In this document: positions 13,306-26,538 of the stretch, one piece after another
Numbering within the stretch: position 1 is the first letter of the stretch
Layout: every line of letters begins with the position of its first letter
Origin: Octopus bimaculoides
Taxonomy: Eukaryota
NCBI RefSeq assembly: GCF_001194135.2
Contig: NC_068984.1
Location: 119,334,594-119,398,593, forward strand
Direction of reading: 5' to 3'
Length of the DNA stretch: 64,000 bases
The notes under the pieces: generated by a model
Database searches by the model: none
What the model saw: only the letters and a program-made list of their open reading frames with translations
Told to the model about the DNA's origin: nothing
Made by a program: the position numbers and the translations under genes

Positions 13306-13825
13306 ACTTATACATAAACTAATTCATTCTGCAGATTATGTATTTTTGAGAAAATCTAAAATTTGAAATATAATACTAAAACATCGAATAAGCATACCAA
13401 ACTAATTAATCTTCAAGCTTACATATGCAGAAACAGTTTTGGCATTAGGTTAACCACCCATTAACAACTACTTTTCATAATATATGTATATAAGTGATAC
13501 ATCCATAATAGATTTAACATTCTTCCTATAACGGTTTATTTACATAAAATTGGATCAAAATATTTTTTTAAACTATACATTAATTATTGTCAGACATTTA
13601 ACATGCACACACACACACACGCTCTCTATGACTGTAAACCATCCCATAAGTCAGTAACTAATAATGACTAGCATTTAAACAAAACCTAATTACTGAATTA
13701 TTATCAATTTTTAAAAAAATAATAAATTATACCTTAATATATGAAGGTGAAACCACAACATCTATGCCACATTACCTGACAGGTCATGTCATGATGACAC
13801 TTCATATTGTAATGTCTAGATATTA

Positions 13826-13876
<51 letters not shown>

Positions 13877-13914
13877 TAAATGAGTATTTATACACAGTCA
13901 TATGAAGTGTGACA

Positions 13915-14141
13915 TTAACAGTTTTGCATTTAAACCAGCTACATCAAGCACATATATGCTCCCTGCTTTAAATCCAAACCACTAGATTCAGCCACTCACT
14001 TCTACCCGACAATGCCATTCTAAAAATAAGGAGTTATTGCATCAACATCTTGAAGCTACAAAAAAGTGCATGATTAATTCAAAACAATGTGTATAAATAA
14101 GCATTGCATTCGACAGAATAATCCAAATGCTAAAGGATTAA
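13915..14141. mobile_element. piggyBac-type (TTAA) MITE, inverted copy of the 42626-42853 family
   Basis: TTAA at both ends; terminus ...AATGCTAAAGGATTAA; internal sequence is reverse-complementary to 42630-42849. Confidence 0.6.
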
Positions 14142-14494
14142 CTTATGGGTCATGACTTTGTGTTTCAGTTCATGCATGGACTCAGGGAAAGGCTATTTTC
14201 TTCTTATCTCAAAATATCTACCAGGAAAATAGGTGGTCAGTTTGTTTATCTGTGAAAGTTCACCTGTCTAAATTAAGTAGACACTTTACAAAACCACAAA
14301 ATTAGACTATGAATTCATTAATAACTACCTGTTTTGCCCAAATGGTTTTACATTTTTTTATCAACTAATCCAGAAACTAATTTTCCTTTGCAATATATAC
14401 CTACACATAAAGAGATGCCTACACACACTTAGGCATAAAGATGAGGAGAGAAATAAAGATGAGAAAAGAGAGAGAAGGGAACAGTCACCTAGAC

Positions 14495-14740
14495 CAGTAA
14501 TTCTCAACCAGGTTCCATATGGCCCTCCGGGTTCTATATAAGATTTTGTTATTAAAAATTATGTGCAATAAATTGATTATACTTCTACAATGCACAATAT
14601 ATTTTAACAATGTTTTTTATGCAATTCTTAATACAAAAGTATAATAGAATTTTTAAAAACATTGAATGACTATGAGGATGCACCTGAGAAAATAGGAATC
14701 AAAGGGATTCATAGGCAAAAAAAATGGTTGAGGACCACTG
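14495..14740. mobile_element. hAT-type MITE
   Basis: TIRs CAGTAATTCTCAACC / GGTTGAGGACCACTG; 8-bp flanks ACCTAGAC and ATCTAGAT (6/8, resembling the nTCTAGAn hAT target). Confidence 0.7.
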
Positions 14741-15082
14741 ATCTAGATATTTCATTCAATTATACTAATTTTTCAGGGACTCAAGAACTGACATTTTTGA
14801 ACAGTTGTACTTCTTTACAGAAATACAAAGTTGTATGAAGATCTAGATTACAACATTAGCACATTATGCAATCTCTTTGCATAGTGGATAATTGAAAAAT
14901 CTTTATCCTGTTTTTTTACTCCTTTTCTCTCAATATCCTTCAAACATACTACGGTAAAAAAAAAAGTGAAATGTGAGAATAGGTTAGAATAGGTTAGTGT
15001 ACTATGAATGAAAGAAATAGCTACCCTTATCAGCACAGATCCATACAATTCTCCCTCTCTTTCAAAAACACAGACACAATAG

Positions 15083-15241
15083 GCACAGCGTGGCTGTGTG
15101 GTAAGTAGGTTGCTTCCCAACCATATGGTTTCGGGTTCATTTTCACTGCATGGCACCTTGGGGATGTGTCTTCTACTATAACCTTGAGTCGACCAAAGCC
15201 TTTTCAGTGGATTTGGTAGACGGAAACTGAAAGAAGTCCAT

Positions 15242-15290
<49 letters not shown>

Positions 15291-15480
15291 TTGTGTGTGT
15301 GTGTCTGTGCTTGTCCCCCGACCATCACTTGACAACCAATGTCCCTGTAACTTAGCGGTTCAGCAAAAGTGACCAATAGAATAAGTACTAGGCTTACAAA
15401 GAATAAGTCTTGGGGTCAATTTGTTCAACTAAAGGTGGTACTCCAGCATGGCTGCAGTCAAATGACTGAAACAAGTAAAT
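15083..15480 (+). mobile_element. tRNA-derived SINE, family B (most abundant in window)
   Basis: Head GGCTGTGTGGTAAG...GGTTCA, central microsatellite and tail ...CAGCATGGC...GAAACAAGTAAA; same layout as 56498-56885. Confidence 0.8.
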
Positions 15481-15639
15481 GACTGAAATGACTGTAAATA
15501 ACAATGACAGCTCATATCAGGGAAACAATTTTATATCTCATCTTCTCAAGTCTTGGTCAACTCACAATTAAAATGATCAAACTTGCTACAATGCCAGGGT
15601 CACACAATGACTGATGATCTTTTTTATTTTAGCAACCCC

Positions 15640-16390
15640 CACATGTCTAACACAACAAAAACTGCATTCAAAAGACTATCCTTGTTCATGGTCAGAAAAC
15701 ATTAGCTCAGATCAGATATTGACCATCTATAAAGTTCAGCTCAAACCCACAGTAAAGAACTGCTCATATATCTAGAACAGTGCTACTACTGTGCAAACAA
15801 ACATCCTCACCAGACCCATAAGAAGGCCATGTGATTTGGTAACAAAGATTCACTTACTTATATATTGGTTTCATATTTTGGCACAAAGCCAGCAGTTTCA
15901 GGGGAGAGGGTAAGTTGATCACACTGGCACCAGTGTTCATCTGATATTTAATTTATCAAACCCAAAAGGATGAAAGGCGAAGTAGATCTTGACAGAATTT
16001 GAACTCAGAACATAAAGACAGATGAAATGTCACTAAGCATTTTGCTAACAGTTTTGCCAGCTTACTACCTTTCACTCACTTATATATTACAACCTGTCTC
16101 CACAGTATTTTATTGCAGCTACACTAGTTTTTACTCTTTTTCTTCTAAGCTTGCTAGCTACATATCTCCACCAGGCCAACCCAACACACCTGTTTCTTCT
16201 CTTCTTATTAATCTATACAGTGTCTCACTCCTTCCATCTCTCACATGTCTTGCACTAACTGCTTTTCTCAATCCTTTCTTAAAGAATGTCAGCCTACTGG
16301 GATTTTCTGGCAGACACCAACTTGCAGATGATCAGACTAGAAACACCAACTATTTCCATATCTCTTGTTTCAAAGGGTCTATACTGCCTT
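15640..16390 (+). mobile_element. CR1/Jockey-group LINE 3' relic interrupted by a family C SINE (~15870-16070)
   Basis: ILTIYKVQLKPTVKNCSYI*NSA resembles the CR1-group LLTIYKAQVRP.MEYCSHIW motif; FY....SKLASYISPP resumes after the SINE. Confidence 0.5.
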
Positions 16391-19300
16391 TTTTATGGTT
16401 TAGTACCATAAAAATAATAATATTTGGTACACTTTACAGTTTGGATGGTGCACTTAGTTTTGGAATAGTGATGCATTACAATTTTATACAAGTTTACTAA
16501 TTCCTAAAATAAAAATAAAATTTAAATAACTCAGTTGTTGAGACTATAATTATTAAGAAAACTAGATTTAAATTCCTTAAAAAGAAAAGAAAAAAAATGA
16601 CCTGAATTGAATTAGTCAAAGGTCAATACTTTCAGGGTCAGAATACCTAGGTAAAAATTTAGCAATCAAATCTCTATGTCACAGTCTAACAAAAAAGTAG
16701 AATGAAACCAAAAAATAAAGTAGAAATAAAAGAAAAATAAAGAGAAAAAAATCTGTATGTGTAAGGATTAAAAGGGGATTTTCAGACTGACTGTGCAGAT
16801 ATAAGTAATAAACATGAAAGTTGATATTGCCAAAGGGTTTATGATGGTAATTACATCAAGTAATTGATAATTACATAGAGCTGGTGACAAAAGAGATGTG
16901 GGTTAGACTCCTGCTTGAGCTCTCAATTTTCATTCCATTTCATGTTTACTTTATGTATCTGCAAAGCACTCAGTTTTTTTAGAGGAATGTAAACATATTA
17001 TTGTCATTGAATCCTAGACTACCCATCACCAAAACAAAATAAAATCTAACATCAATGAAAATAATGGTTAAATAAATAACAACGTAAATAGATATAATGT
17101 AACAATAATATGCCCACTGTATATTTGTCTGTCTTTATGTTCTGAGTTCAAATTCCGCCAAGGTTGACTTTGCCTTGCATCCTTTTGGGATCGATAAATT
17201 AAGTACCAGTTGCATACTGAAGTTGATCTAATCGACTGGCCTCATTCCCCCAAAATTTCGGGCCTTGTGCCTAGGGTAGAAAAGAATATGCTCTCTGTAT
17301 TTGTGAGAAGCCATAGTGCCTGAGATAGATACCTATTTAAAATAAGCTTAATTTAAAAGTAATTCAAACTAAATAAAATTATAATACAGGAGTAGGGAAC
17401 CCCTTGCAAGGGGTAAAATTTCACTAGCTAACAGCATTCCTTAAAACCCAGATGAAAAACAAAAAGGAAAAAAAAATTGCTTAAGTCATAAAACCAAAAC
17501 TCTTACTTAATATAAATTGTATACCTATGGATTTGTAAAATTAAAGATCCATTATCATTCTTAATACAGATCCTCTCCAACAGCTTCTAATGCACTTGCA
17601 ATTCATCCTTGGTACTAAAAAGATTCCCCCACCTCCCTTCTAGTAGGTGAACAAAAGGACCAGTTGTATGAGGCCCTAGTGCAGGCTACCACTATAAATA
17701 GCAACTTTAATGGTTATGTCTGATAATAGCACATTTGGTATTCTTGTATGTATGGAGTTTATAGACCTAGGAACAAGAAGGTGCTTATTTACAGTGTTAA
17801 AAGCAAGTTTATTTTGAGAAACATATTATAACATATTTATGAGTTTATTTATCAAAACTTTCCATTGATTATATTGTTTCATTATAGAGTGATTTCCTTC
17901 ATTATTTTCAATATAAGCATAAACATACTGGGCATGAGTACGATGGCTGTGTGGTAAGAATTTTGCTTTCCAACCACATGGTTCCAGGTTCAGTCCCAGT
18001 GTGCAGCACCTTAGGCAACTGTCTTCTACTACAGACCCATGCCTTGTGTGTGGATTTAGTAGATTGATGTATGTGTCTTTGTGTTTGTCCCCTCCACCTC
18101 GACCCACCACATTCACCAACACCACCACTTGACAACCAGTGTTGGTTTGTTTAAAGCCCTGTAACTTAGCAGTTCAGTAAGAGAGACCGAAACAGTAAGT
18201 ACCCTACTTTAAAAAAATAAATACTGAGGTCAAGTTATTTGACTAAAATGAAACCCTTCAAGGCAGTACCCTAGCATGACCAAGATACCAAATGATCAAA
18301 AGGATGGATTTTGAATGACGGAAACTAGGCATGTGTAGTTGCTTATCTTATTTTGCTTTCACCAATAAACAAACTCTGACCTTTTGACTATTTGGGATAT
18401 TTATATTTGTAACAAAAGAAAAGAAGAAAAGCATTCAATAAGGAAATTTAAAGAACAGAAATATTCAATAAATACCCTATTTGTGTATTTTGCATATGTT
18501 TTTAATATTGTGTCCCTGCAATGCATTTAGAATTTTTTTGAAGCAAATATGTTCTAATATGTTTCTGAAACAAAACTCCTCTTTAAACTATAAATAAAAG
18601 TCTTTTAATACAGTTTTTTTTTTTTTTTCCTAAACTACTTCAAAATTCTTTTGACATTATGGCATTTTGTATTCTGAGTATTTGGTCCTTCAAGCATTTG
18701 ATATTCTAATTCATGGTCATTTGAAATTTGGTCTTCTCTCATTCAACCTTTGTGTTTTCAGGCTTCTGACCAGCACCCCTGTTTTTCAGGTTATTTCATC
18801 AGATCACAGGAAATAAATTAATGATTTATTTCATTGAGTTGCAGTTGAACAAAATCAGTGACTCGATTACAGTTAGTTTAATGAAAATTATAACATCAAA
18901 AAATAATCCATACTACTATAGCTATAGGGCCTGAAATTTTGCAGGGAGAGGGTTAGTCAACTACATTAACCTCAGTGCTCAAATAATCTTGTCACATTCT
19001 GTGTCATGTTGAGTCTCCCTGTGAACTACATTAAGGGTATGTGTGTCCTTGAAGTGCTCAGTCACTTGCATGTTAATTTCCTGAGCAGGCTGTTCTATTG
19101 ATCAGACCAACTGGAACCTTCGTCGTTGTAACTGACAGGGTGCCATACCCAAATTTAAAATTATTACATATACATACGTATATACACATGTACATGTGAG
19201 TGAGTGTGTATCAGTCTCTCTGTCTATCTTACCAACTAACATTCTCCAGATCGCTTGTCTCTGTACATTCATAGTACAGAAGGATTTAACATGAAAGGAA

Positions 19301-19599
19301 TTAAAACAGATTTCCTTTCTGTATGAACATGAATGAAAATTCTTCCTTTGACACTCCTGCCAATTTCCTAAACAAAAAAAAATAAATAGATAAAATAAAG
19401 TAAAAAGAAAGAAAAAGAAAAAAATCCTGGGAACTCCTTTAAAATTTCGTCATTGTAGGTCATCTCAGAAGTTTGTGATCCTTAATGTAACAATTCAATT
19501 CCACTTTTGATTTATCTACTTTAGATTTATCAGCATTTTAAATTTCTTCCTCTTTTCATTTCACTTGATTATAGTTGTTGTTGTTGTTATCATTATTGA

Positions 19600-20250
19600 A
19601 GGCAGAAAGCTGGCAGAATTGTTACTGTACTGAACAAAATGCTTAGCAGCATTTGTTCTGGCTTTTCATTCTGAGTTCAAATGCTGCCAAGGTCTACTTT
19701 GCCTTTCATCCTTTCAGAGTCAATAAAATGTGTATCAGCTAAGTACTGCAGTGAATGATATTGAGTGACCTGCTTCTCCTAAAATTTCTGGTCTTGTGCC
19801 AAAAATTTGAAACCATCATCATCATTATTATTAAGACAGAATTGTTAGCCCACCGGCTGAAATGCTTAGCGGTATTTTGTCTGTCGCTATGTTCTGAGTT
19901 CAAATTCTGCTGGGGTTGACTTTGGCTTTCATCCTTTCGGGGTTGATGAAATAAGTACCAGTTATGCACTGGGGTTGGTGTAATCGACTTAATCCTTTCC
20001 CCAAAATTTGAGGCCTTGTGCTTCCAGTAGAAAGGATTATTATTAAGGCAGAATCATTAGCACGTCGAGCGAAATGCTTAGTGGTAGTTCATCTGTTTTT
20101 ATGCTCTGAGCTCAAATTTCACCAGGGTCGACTTTGCCTTTCATCCTTTTAGGGTCAATAAAATAAGTAGCAGTTGAGTAATGGGGCTGATGTAATTGAC
20201 TATACCCCTCCCCCAAATTTCAGGCCTTGTGCCTATAGTAGAAAGAATAA
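19600..20250 (+). mobile_element. Cluster of three tandem family C SINE copies
   Basis: The motif GAAATGCTTAGC...TTCTGAGTTCAAATT...GACTTTGCCTTTCATCCTTTC...AAGTACCAG recurs three times. Confidence 0.75.
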
Positions 20251-20269
20251 TTATAATTATTATTATTGG

Positions 20270-20503
20270 CCGTTGCCAGTACCGCCTGACTGGCCCTCGT
20301 GCCGGTGGCACGTAAAAGCACCCACTATGCTCTCGGAGTGGTTGTCGTTAGGAAGGGCATCCAGCTGTAGAAACTCTGCCAAATCAGATTGGAGCTAGGT
20401 GTAGCCATCTGGTTCACCAGTCCTCAGTCAAATCGTCCAACCCATGCTAGCATGGAAAGCGGACATTAAACGATAATAATGATGATGATGATGATGATGA
20501 TGA
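20270..20503 (+). mobile_element. RTE 3' UTR fragment with (GAT)n tail
   Basis: Same 3' UTR as 31300-31512, 37140-37400 and 63610-64000. Confidence 0.8.
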
Positions 20504-20736
20504 TTAAAGGCAGTAAGGTGGCAGAATTGATAGCACACTGCACAAACTGCTTAGCAACATTTCATCTGTCTTTATGATCTGGGTTCCACTGAGGTCAACT
20601 TTGCCTTTCATCCCTTCAGGGTAGATAAAATAAGTACCAGTTGGGCACTGGGCAGGGGTCGATGTAAATGATTAATAATTTAATAAATTCTCAAAGACAA
20701 AATGATAGATAGCATATATATCATATTACTGTTAAG

Positions 20737-20818
20737 ATGATGATGATGATGACATTGACAAAAATGATGATTGTGATGGTGATAAAGCAACTGGTGGTGA
20801 TGATAATGACGATGATGG

Positions 20819-20861
<43 letters not shown>

Positions 20862-21445
20862 CGTGGCACTTGTGGTGGTGAATGCTGATAGTGATGATGG
20901 CAGTATTGGTAGCTATGACTGTAATGATAGTGGTAGTGAGTGGCAGTAGAAATAGTAGTAGTAGCAGCAGCAGCAGTAGTGGTAATGGTGGTGGTAGTGG
21001 TAATGGTGCTGGTGGAAGTGCAGGTATTAATTATAGCAGTATTAGAAGCTATGACTGTAATAATGGTTTTGATGGTGATGGTGGTGGTAGTGGTGGTAGT
21101 GGTGGTTGTTGTTGTGGTGATAGTTCTGCTATGGTGATGGTGGTGGTAGATATGGTAATGGTTGTAGTGTTGGTGATTGTTGCAGTGGTACTGGTGGTTG
21201 TGGTCACTATAATGATGGTTGTGGTATTGGTGATGATGGTGGGGGTGTTGGTGATGGGCGTTGTCGTCTTTGTTGCATTGTTGGTGGTGGTGGTTGTTAT
21301 GGTGGTGGTTGTTATGGTGGTGGTGATGTTAATGGTTGTGACTGTGGTGGTTGTGGTGTTGGTGATGGTTGTTGTGGTGGTGGTGTTAGTGGTTGTGGTA
21401 GTGGTGTGGTTGTTGTTGGTGATAGTGGTGATGATGGTGTTAAGT
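20737..21445. repeat. ~700-bp imperfect trinucleotide low-complexity tract (GAT/GGT/GTT/AGT)n
   Basis: Read directly; it produces the poly-V/M/G ORFs in the track. Confidence 0.9.
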
Positions 21446-21595
21446 TAAAGAATCAAAGAAATTTCTGTATTTTCTTTTGTAGAATAATATCTAAGACTGA
21501 CTCAAAAATATACAAGCTCTTATTTCTTCATTTTACAAAATCAAACATTTATTTTCCTACACAGTTTTTAAATTTAAATGTCTTATGACTGGTCA

Positions 21596-21996
21596 GTGGA
21601 GGCGCAATGGCCCAGTGGTTAGGGCAGCGGACTCGCGGTCATAGGATCGCAGTTTCGATTCCCAAACCGGGCGTTGTGAGTGTCTATTGAGCGAAAACAC
21701 CTAAAGCTCCACGAGGCTCCGGCAGGGGATAGTGGCGAACCCTGCTGTACTCTTTCACCACAACTTGCTCTCACTCTTACTTCCTGTTTCAGTTGTGCCT
21801 ATAATTCAAAGGGTCAGCCTTGTCACACTCTGTGTCACGCTGAATATCCCCGAGAACTACGTTAAGGGTACACGTGTCTGTGGAGTGCTCGGCCACTTGC
21901 ATGTTAATTTCACGAGCAGGCTGTTCCGTTGATCGGATCAACTGGAACCCTCGACGTCGTAAGTGACGGAGTGCCAACAACAACAACAACAACAAC
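21596..21996 (+). mobile_element. tRNA-derived SINE, family A, full length with TSD
   Basis: A and B boxes, (CAA)n tail, and TSD ATGACTGGTCA at 21585-21595 and 21997-22007. Confidence 0.92.
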
Positions 21997-23559
21997 ATGA
22001 CTGGTCAGTTATGATTAATTTTTCTTTCTTTTATTGTTTCTTTTTGCTTTGATTTTTCAGTTGATTACATTCAAAGACAAGAGCCGTTATGAAACATACA
22101 TATATGTGTGCATGCATGTGTGTGTGTATGCATGTGTGTGTGTGTGTGTGCGCATGTGTATGTGTGTATGTGCATAAGTGTGTGTATACCTGTGTCTGTG
22201 TCTAACTGAATGTCATGCACAAGTGAAACTGAACTGGGTGCATCTGAAGGAAAGAAAAGAAGAATGAAACAGAGACAGAAAGAGAGAGAGAGGAGAATAA
22301 GAGAGACACACACACATCATACAAGATGTTGAGTCACTGGCTCAGTAACGTATTTATGACTTCAGTTAGTACGAAAACATTGGTTGCTTGTTTGCTTGCT
22401 TTCTTGGAAAATGTCTGACCCTGTGGAAGAAAGAGGTCTACCTACACCTTTAAACAATTAGATATTGATTTCTCTTAATTGAGCAGCACAAGACTTATTT
22501 TAGTGAAGGATGGGATCTGTGCAATTAATTGATTCACTAAAATATGTATTACTAATAATATTGATTTATTACATAAGCATATGAGGATTAGTATAGTTGC
22601 NNNNNNNNNNNNNNNNNNNNNNNNNNNNNNNNNNNNNNNNNNNNNNNNNNNNNNNNNNNNNNNNNNNNNNNNNNNNNNNNNNNNNNNNNNNNNNNNNNNN
22701 NNNNNNNNNNNNNNNNNNNNNNNNNNNNNNNNNNNNNNNNNNNNNNNNNNNNNNNNNNNNNNNNNNNNNNNNNNNNNNNNNNNNNNNNNNNNNNNNNNNN
22801 NNNNNNNNNNNNNNNNNNNNNNNNNNNNNNNNNNNNNNNNNNNNNNNNNNNNNNNNNNNNNNNNNNNNNNNNNNNNNNNNNNNNNNNNNNNNNNNNNNNN
22901 NNNNNNNNNNNNNNNNNNNNNNNNNNNNNNNNNNNNNNNNNNNNNNNNNNNNNNNNNNNNNNNNNNNNNNNNNNNNNNNNNNNNNNNNNNNNNNNNNNNN
23001 NNNNNNNNNNNNNNNNNNNNNNNNNNNNNNNNNNNNNNNNNNNNNNNNNNNNNNNNNNNNNNNNNNNNNNNNNNNNNNNNNNNNNNNNNNNNNNNNNNNN
23101 NNNNNNNNNNNNNNNNNNNNNNNNNNNNNNNNNNNNNNNNNNNNNNNNNNNNNNNNNNNNNNNNNNNNNNNNNNNNNNNNNNNNNNNNNNNNNNNNNNNN
23201 NNNNNNNNNNNNNNNNNNNNNNNNNNNNNNNNNNNNNNNNNNNNNNNNNNNNNNNNNNNNNNNNNNNNNNNNNNNNNNAAAATAACCAATTTTCAAGAAC
23301 TCATCGATGAAAATCCACTATCTATAAGGCTCAATTTAATTTTAATTTTTTATAAATTGATTTTAATTGAGTTTTTTACCTGTAATTTTGGATTTTGTCC
23401 CTAATATTATTATTATATATATATATATATATATGGGTGGGTGGGTGTGTATGTGTGTGTGTGTACGCTTTATAAAAAAGCAGCAGAAATATCACAAAAA
23501 TTGTTACTCAAAGTTTCACATTCCTGCTTGTTGGACAGTTTTGTTTATATGTATACAGC

Positions 23560-24036
23560 TATGTACATGCGTCTTCAGTGATAATGGGCTAAACTGAAAT
23601 GTAACTAATCTGCACATCCTCTGAAAACTCACGGATGGTCATTCGACGATTTCCCCTCACAGCTGCATGCACATCTATGTTGTTTTTCTCAGTTCTGTTG
23701 CTTGTGGTTCTCCCAGAACGTTTGTCAATATTGACATTTTTTCAGTCATCTTGGAAATGTCTGAACCACTCGTACACATGGATGCGGCTCATATACTCCT
23801 CTCCATACACTTTCTGTAACTTTGCATAGGCCTCTAAGCAGGTATCGCCATGACAACTTTCTCTGTCATGGTAAATGCAATGATCACACACGACACACCT
23901 TCCTTCTAAGCACTGCTGTAAACAGTGGAAGTGAGCTAGAATGTTAAAACTTAGTGCACATGCACAGTGGCTTCACTCTGCGTGCTTTAGCTTCATTACT
24001 ATGACAACAGTTCGGATACTTATTGATCAGACCTCA
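23560..24036 (-). mobile_element. mariner transposon 5' relic (TIR + HTH region)
   Basis: Terminus TA|TGAGGTCTGATCAATAAGTATCCGAA; translation AYAKLQKVYGEEYMSRIHVYEWFRHFQDD*KNVNIDKRSGR...RRMTIREFSEDVQIS matches the mariner transposase N-terminus. Confidence 0.85.
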
Positions 24037-24091
24037 TATAAATATATATATATACATATACATACATAGACAGATACAGAAATACATGCAC

Positions 24092-24192
<101 letters not shown>

Positions 24193-24689
24193 CACACACA
24201 CATACATATATGACAAGCTTCTTTCAATTTCCATCTAGATCTACTCACAAAAAGAATGTGTTTATGCATGTATTGTTGTTGTTATTGTTGTTGTTACTTA
24301 TATCTTTTAGCAGTGAAGGTTTGAGTTACTAGAACTGCTTTTTATCAAAAAGTCGTAATTATTTTTGTTTTTTGTAATTTTTACATTCTGCTGTATAATC
24401 AAATTTGTTATCTTTTTTTTTTTTTGTTGACAATCAACAAAAACATTTGAATCCATATAAATTTTTAGAGAAGTGTTTCTACATGATGTAGCAATTTTGT
24501 TAATTCATGACTGGAAGAATTGTTTTCTTGACAAATTGGTCTTTTTTTTTTTTATTATCTCCATTTGGAGAAAAATAATTCAAACAATTAAATACCTACC
24601 TTTTAAGTCCCATCATAAAAATACTTTTTTTTCACATAATTTTACAGGATCAAATCCATGATAATGGGAGAAGAATATCGACCATAACT

Positions 24690-25465
24690 GTCTTAAGCCC
24701 AATATGTATTATAATACAGCAGAGTGAACCCTTGCTTGTTGTTGATAGAAATAGCAACAGGATACCTACTGAAAATGTGATGCACCCAAAAATATGTAAG
24801 AAACAAGATGAAGAACAAAGAATAAACAACTGGAAAATGAAAACAATGCATGAGCAACACCTCAGAGAAATCAAAGAGAAAGACAAGAGCAACACCTGGA
24901 ACTTGCTAAGGAAAAGTGATCTGAAAGGATGCACCAAGGCATTGATATGCAACACTCAAGAACACGCTCTGACAACTAATTATATCAAGTTCCAAACAGA
25001 TAAGAGCAATGACTCCCCCCTTTGTAGGATGTGTGGCAGCAAAAATAAAACACTATTGCACGTGTGTGACTGTAGTATGTTGGCTGAAAAGCTTACAAAA
25101 AGAAGAACGAAAATGTGGCTAAGTTTGTTCACTGGATTCTGTGAAAATATAGTCTTGGAAGAACATGGAAATGGTACAAACATACACCAGAAGGCATCAC
25201 TGGGAATAATGAATATAAGACCTTGTGGGATTTTACAATCCAATGTGACTCTCCAATTGATGCTCAGAGGACAGTCATTGTTGTAGCAGAAAAAGGAAAA
25301 AGGAAACTAAGTCCAAAGATATTGCCATACCTGGAGATGCATGCATAGGTGACAAAGAGCTGGAAAAGGTGGGAAAATACAAGTTACTAAAAGATGAAAA
25401 TGCACAAATATGGGGATTGCAGAGAGTAACTGTCATCCTAGTAACTGTAGGAGTACTCGGAGCTC
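24690..25465 (+). mobile_element. R4/Dong-like non-LTR retrotransposon C-terminal relic (CCHC zinc knuckle + restriction-like endonuclease)
   Basis: ALICNTQEHALTTNY...SPLCRMCG..NKTLLHVCDC, then across frameshifts VAKFVHW...LWDFTIQCD...IAIPGD...KELEKVGKY...VTVGVLG. Confidence 0.85.
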
Positions 25466-25910
25466 AGGTAATGAAGGTCACGGAGAGGGTCATAGCCCAA
25501 CTAATTAGGGAGAGAGTCAGTCTAGACAAGATACGGTTTGGGTCCGTGCCAGGGAAAAGCACCAGTAATGCTATATTTCTGGTAAGACAGCTGCAGCAGA
25601 AATACCTAGCCAAAGATAAACCTCTGTACCTGGCTTTCATTGACATGGAGAAAGCCTTTGACAGGGTCCCCCAATCCCTTATTTAGTGGTCAATGAGGAA
25701 ACTAGGGATAGATGAATGGTTAGTGAGAGCTGTGCGAGCCATGTACAGGGACGCTGTCAGTAAGGTGAGGGTTGGCAACGAGTACAGTGAAGAATTCCGG
25801 GTAGAGGTAGGGGTCCACCAAGGTTCAGTCCTCAGCCCCCTCCTATTTATCATAGTCTGTCAGGCAATAACAGGAATTCAAGACTGGATGCCCCTGGGAG
25901 CTCCTCTATG
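25466..25910 (+). mobile_element. RTE-clade reverse transcriptase fragment
   Basis: QVMKVTERVIAQLIRERV...STSNAIFLVRQLQQKY...AFIDMEKAFDRVP...*WSMRKLG...VGVHQGSVLSPLLFIIV: RT core motifs with one stop; lacks a 3' tail. Confidence 0.9.
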
Positions 25911-26365
25911 CTTAGTCAAGGTGCCAAGCAGTAGGACTGAACCCAGAACTATGTGTTTAAGAAGCAAACTTCTTACCACACAGCCATGCCTACACCTACA
26001 GTTCTTGATATTACCATAAGAGAGACAAAAACCTTTAAATTGTTGCTTGATATTCTAGAAGCAGCAGCTAAATAACTCTCAAATTACACCCTGCAGTCTA
26101 AAGGAAATGACTCATTAGATAATATAGTAGCAAACCAATATATCGCTAAATGAATAGGATAGTCACACCTGGAGTTATACATGAGATATATGTCAAGAAA
26201 AGAAAGGCTTTATTATATTTTTTTCATCAAAAGACATTGACTTTTTAACAATTTTAGAATTTACAAATCTATTTCATTTTTTGTTGTGTCTTGGGAGGCG
26301 TCATTATGCCAATAAAATTAACACACACACAGGTTCAATTCTGATCCTTTCCTGCTATAATAGTT

Positions 26366-26538
26366 GGTTAAACAATCAATTAGTTGTTTGTTAGTCAATG
26401 TTCTTTTGTCGTAATTTGCAACCTTTTCAGTGTCACAAATGCAGAACAGACCTTAGAGCAAGAGGGGAAGTCACCGAAAAAGTTATGAACAGGGACAAAA
26501 GAATTTTGACTAACAAACAACTGATTGATTGTTTAACC
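26366..26538. repeat. 45-bp inverted repeat (42/45 match) with an 83-nt spacer
   Basis: 26366-26410 GGTTAAACAATCAATTAGTTGTTTGTTAGTCAATGTTCTTTTGTC versus 26494-26538 GACAAAAGAATTTTGACTAACAAACAACTGATTGATTGTTTAACC. Confidence 0.85.

Noticed and set aside
20737-21448. 188-aa Val/Met/Gly-rich ORF resembling a membrane or structural protein
   Set aside because: A degenerate trinucleotide tract that is open in several frames; no splice or homology support.
22061-22095. Strong plus-strand polypyrimidine tract and acceptor followed by DYIQRQEPL*
   Set aside because: No upstream plus-strand exons could be identified; a single acceptor is insufficient evidence.
23501-23538. Third hammerhead-like motif (minus): CUGU-CCAACAA-GCA(ggaa)UGU-GAAA-CUU-U-GAG-UA-ACAA
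   Set aside because: The helices and GAAA fit a type I hammerhead, but the catalytic CUGANGA is mutated at three positions; at most a dead PLE-derived relic.
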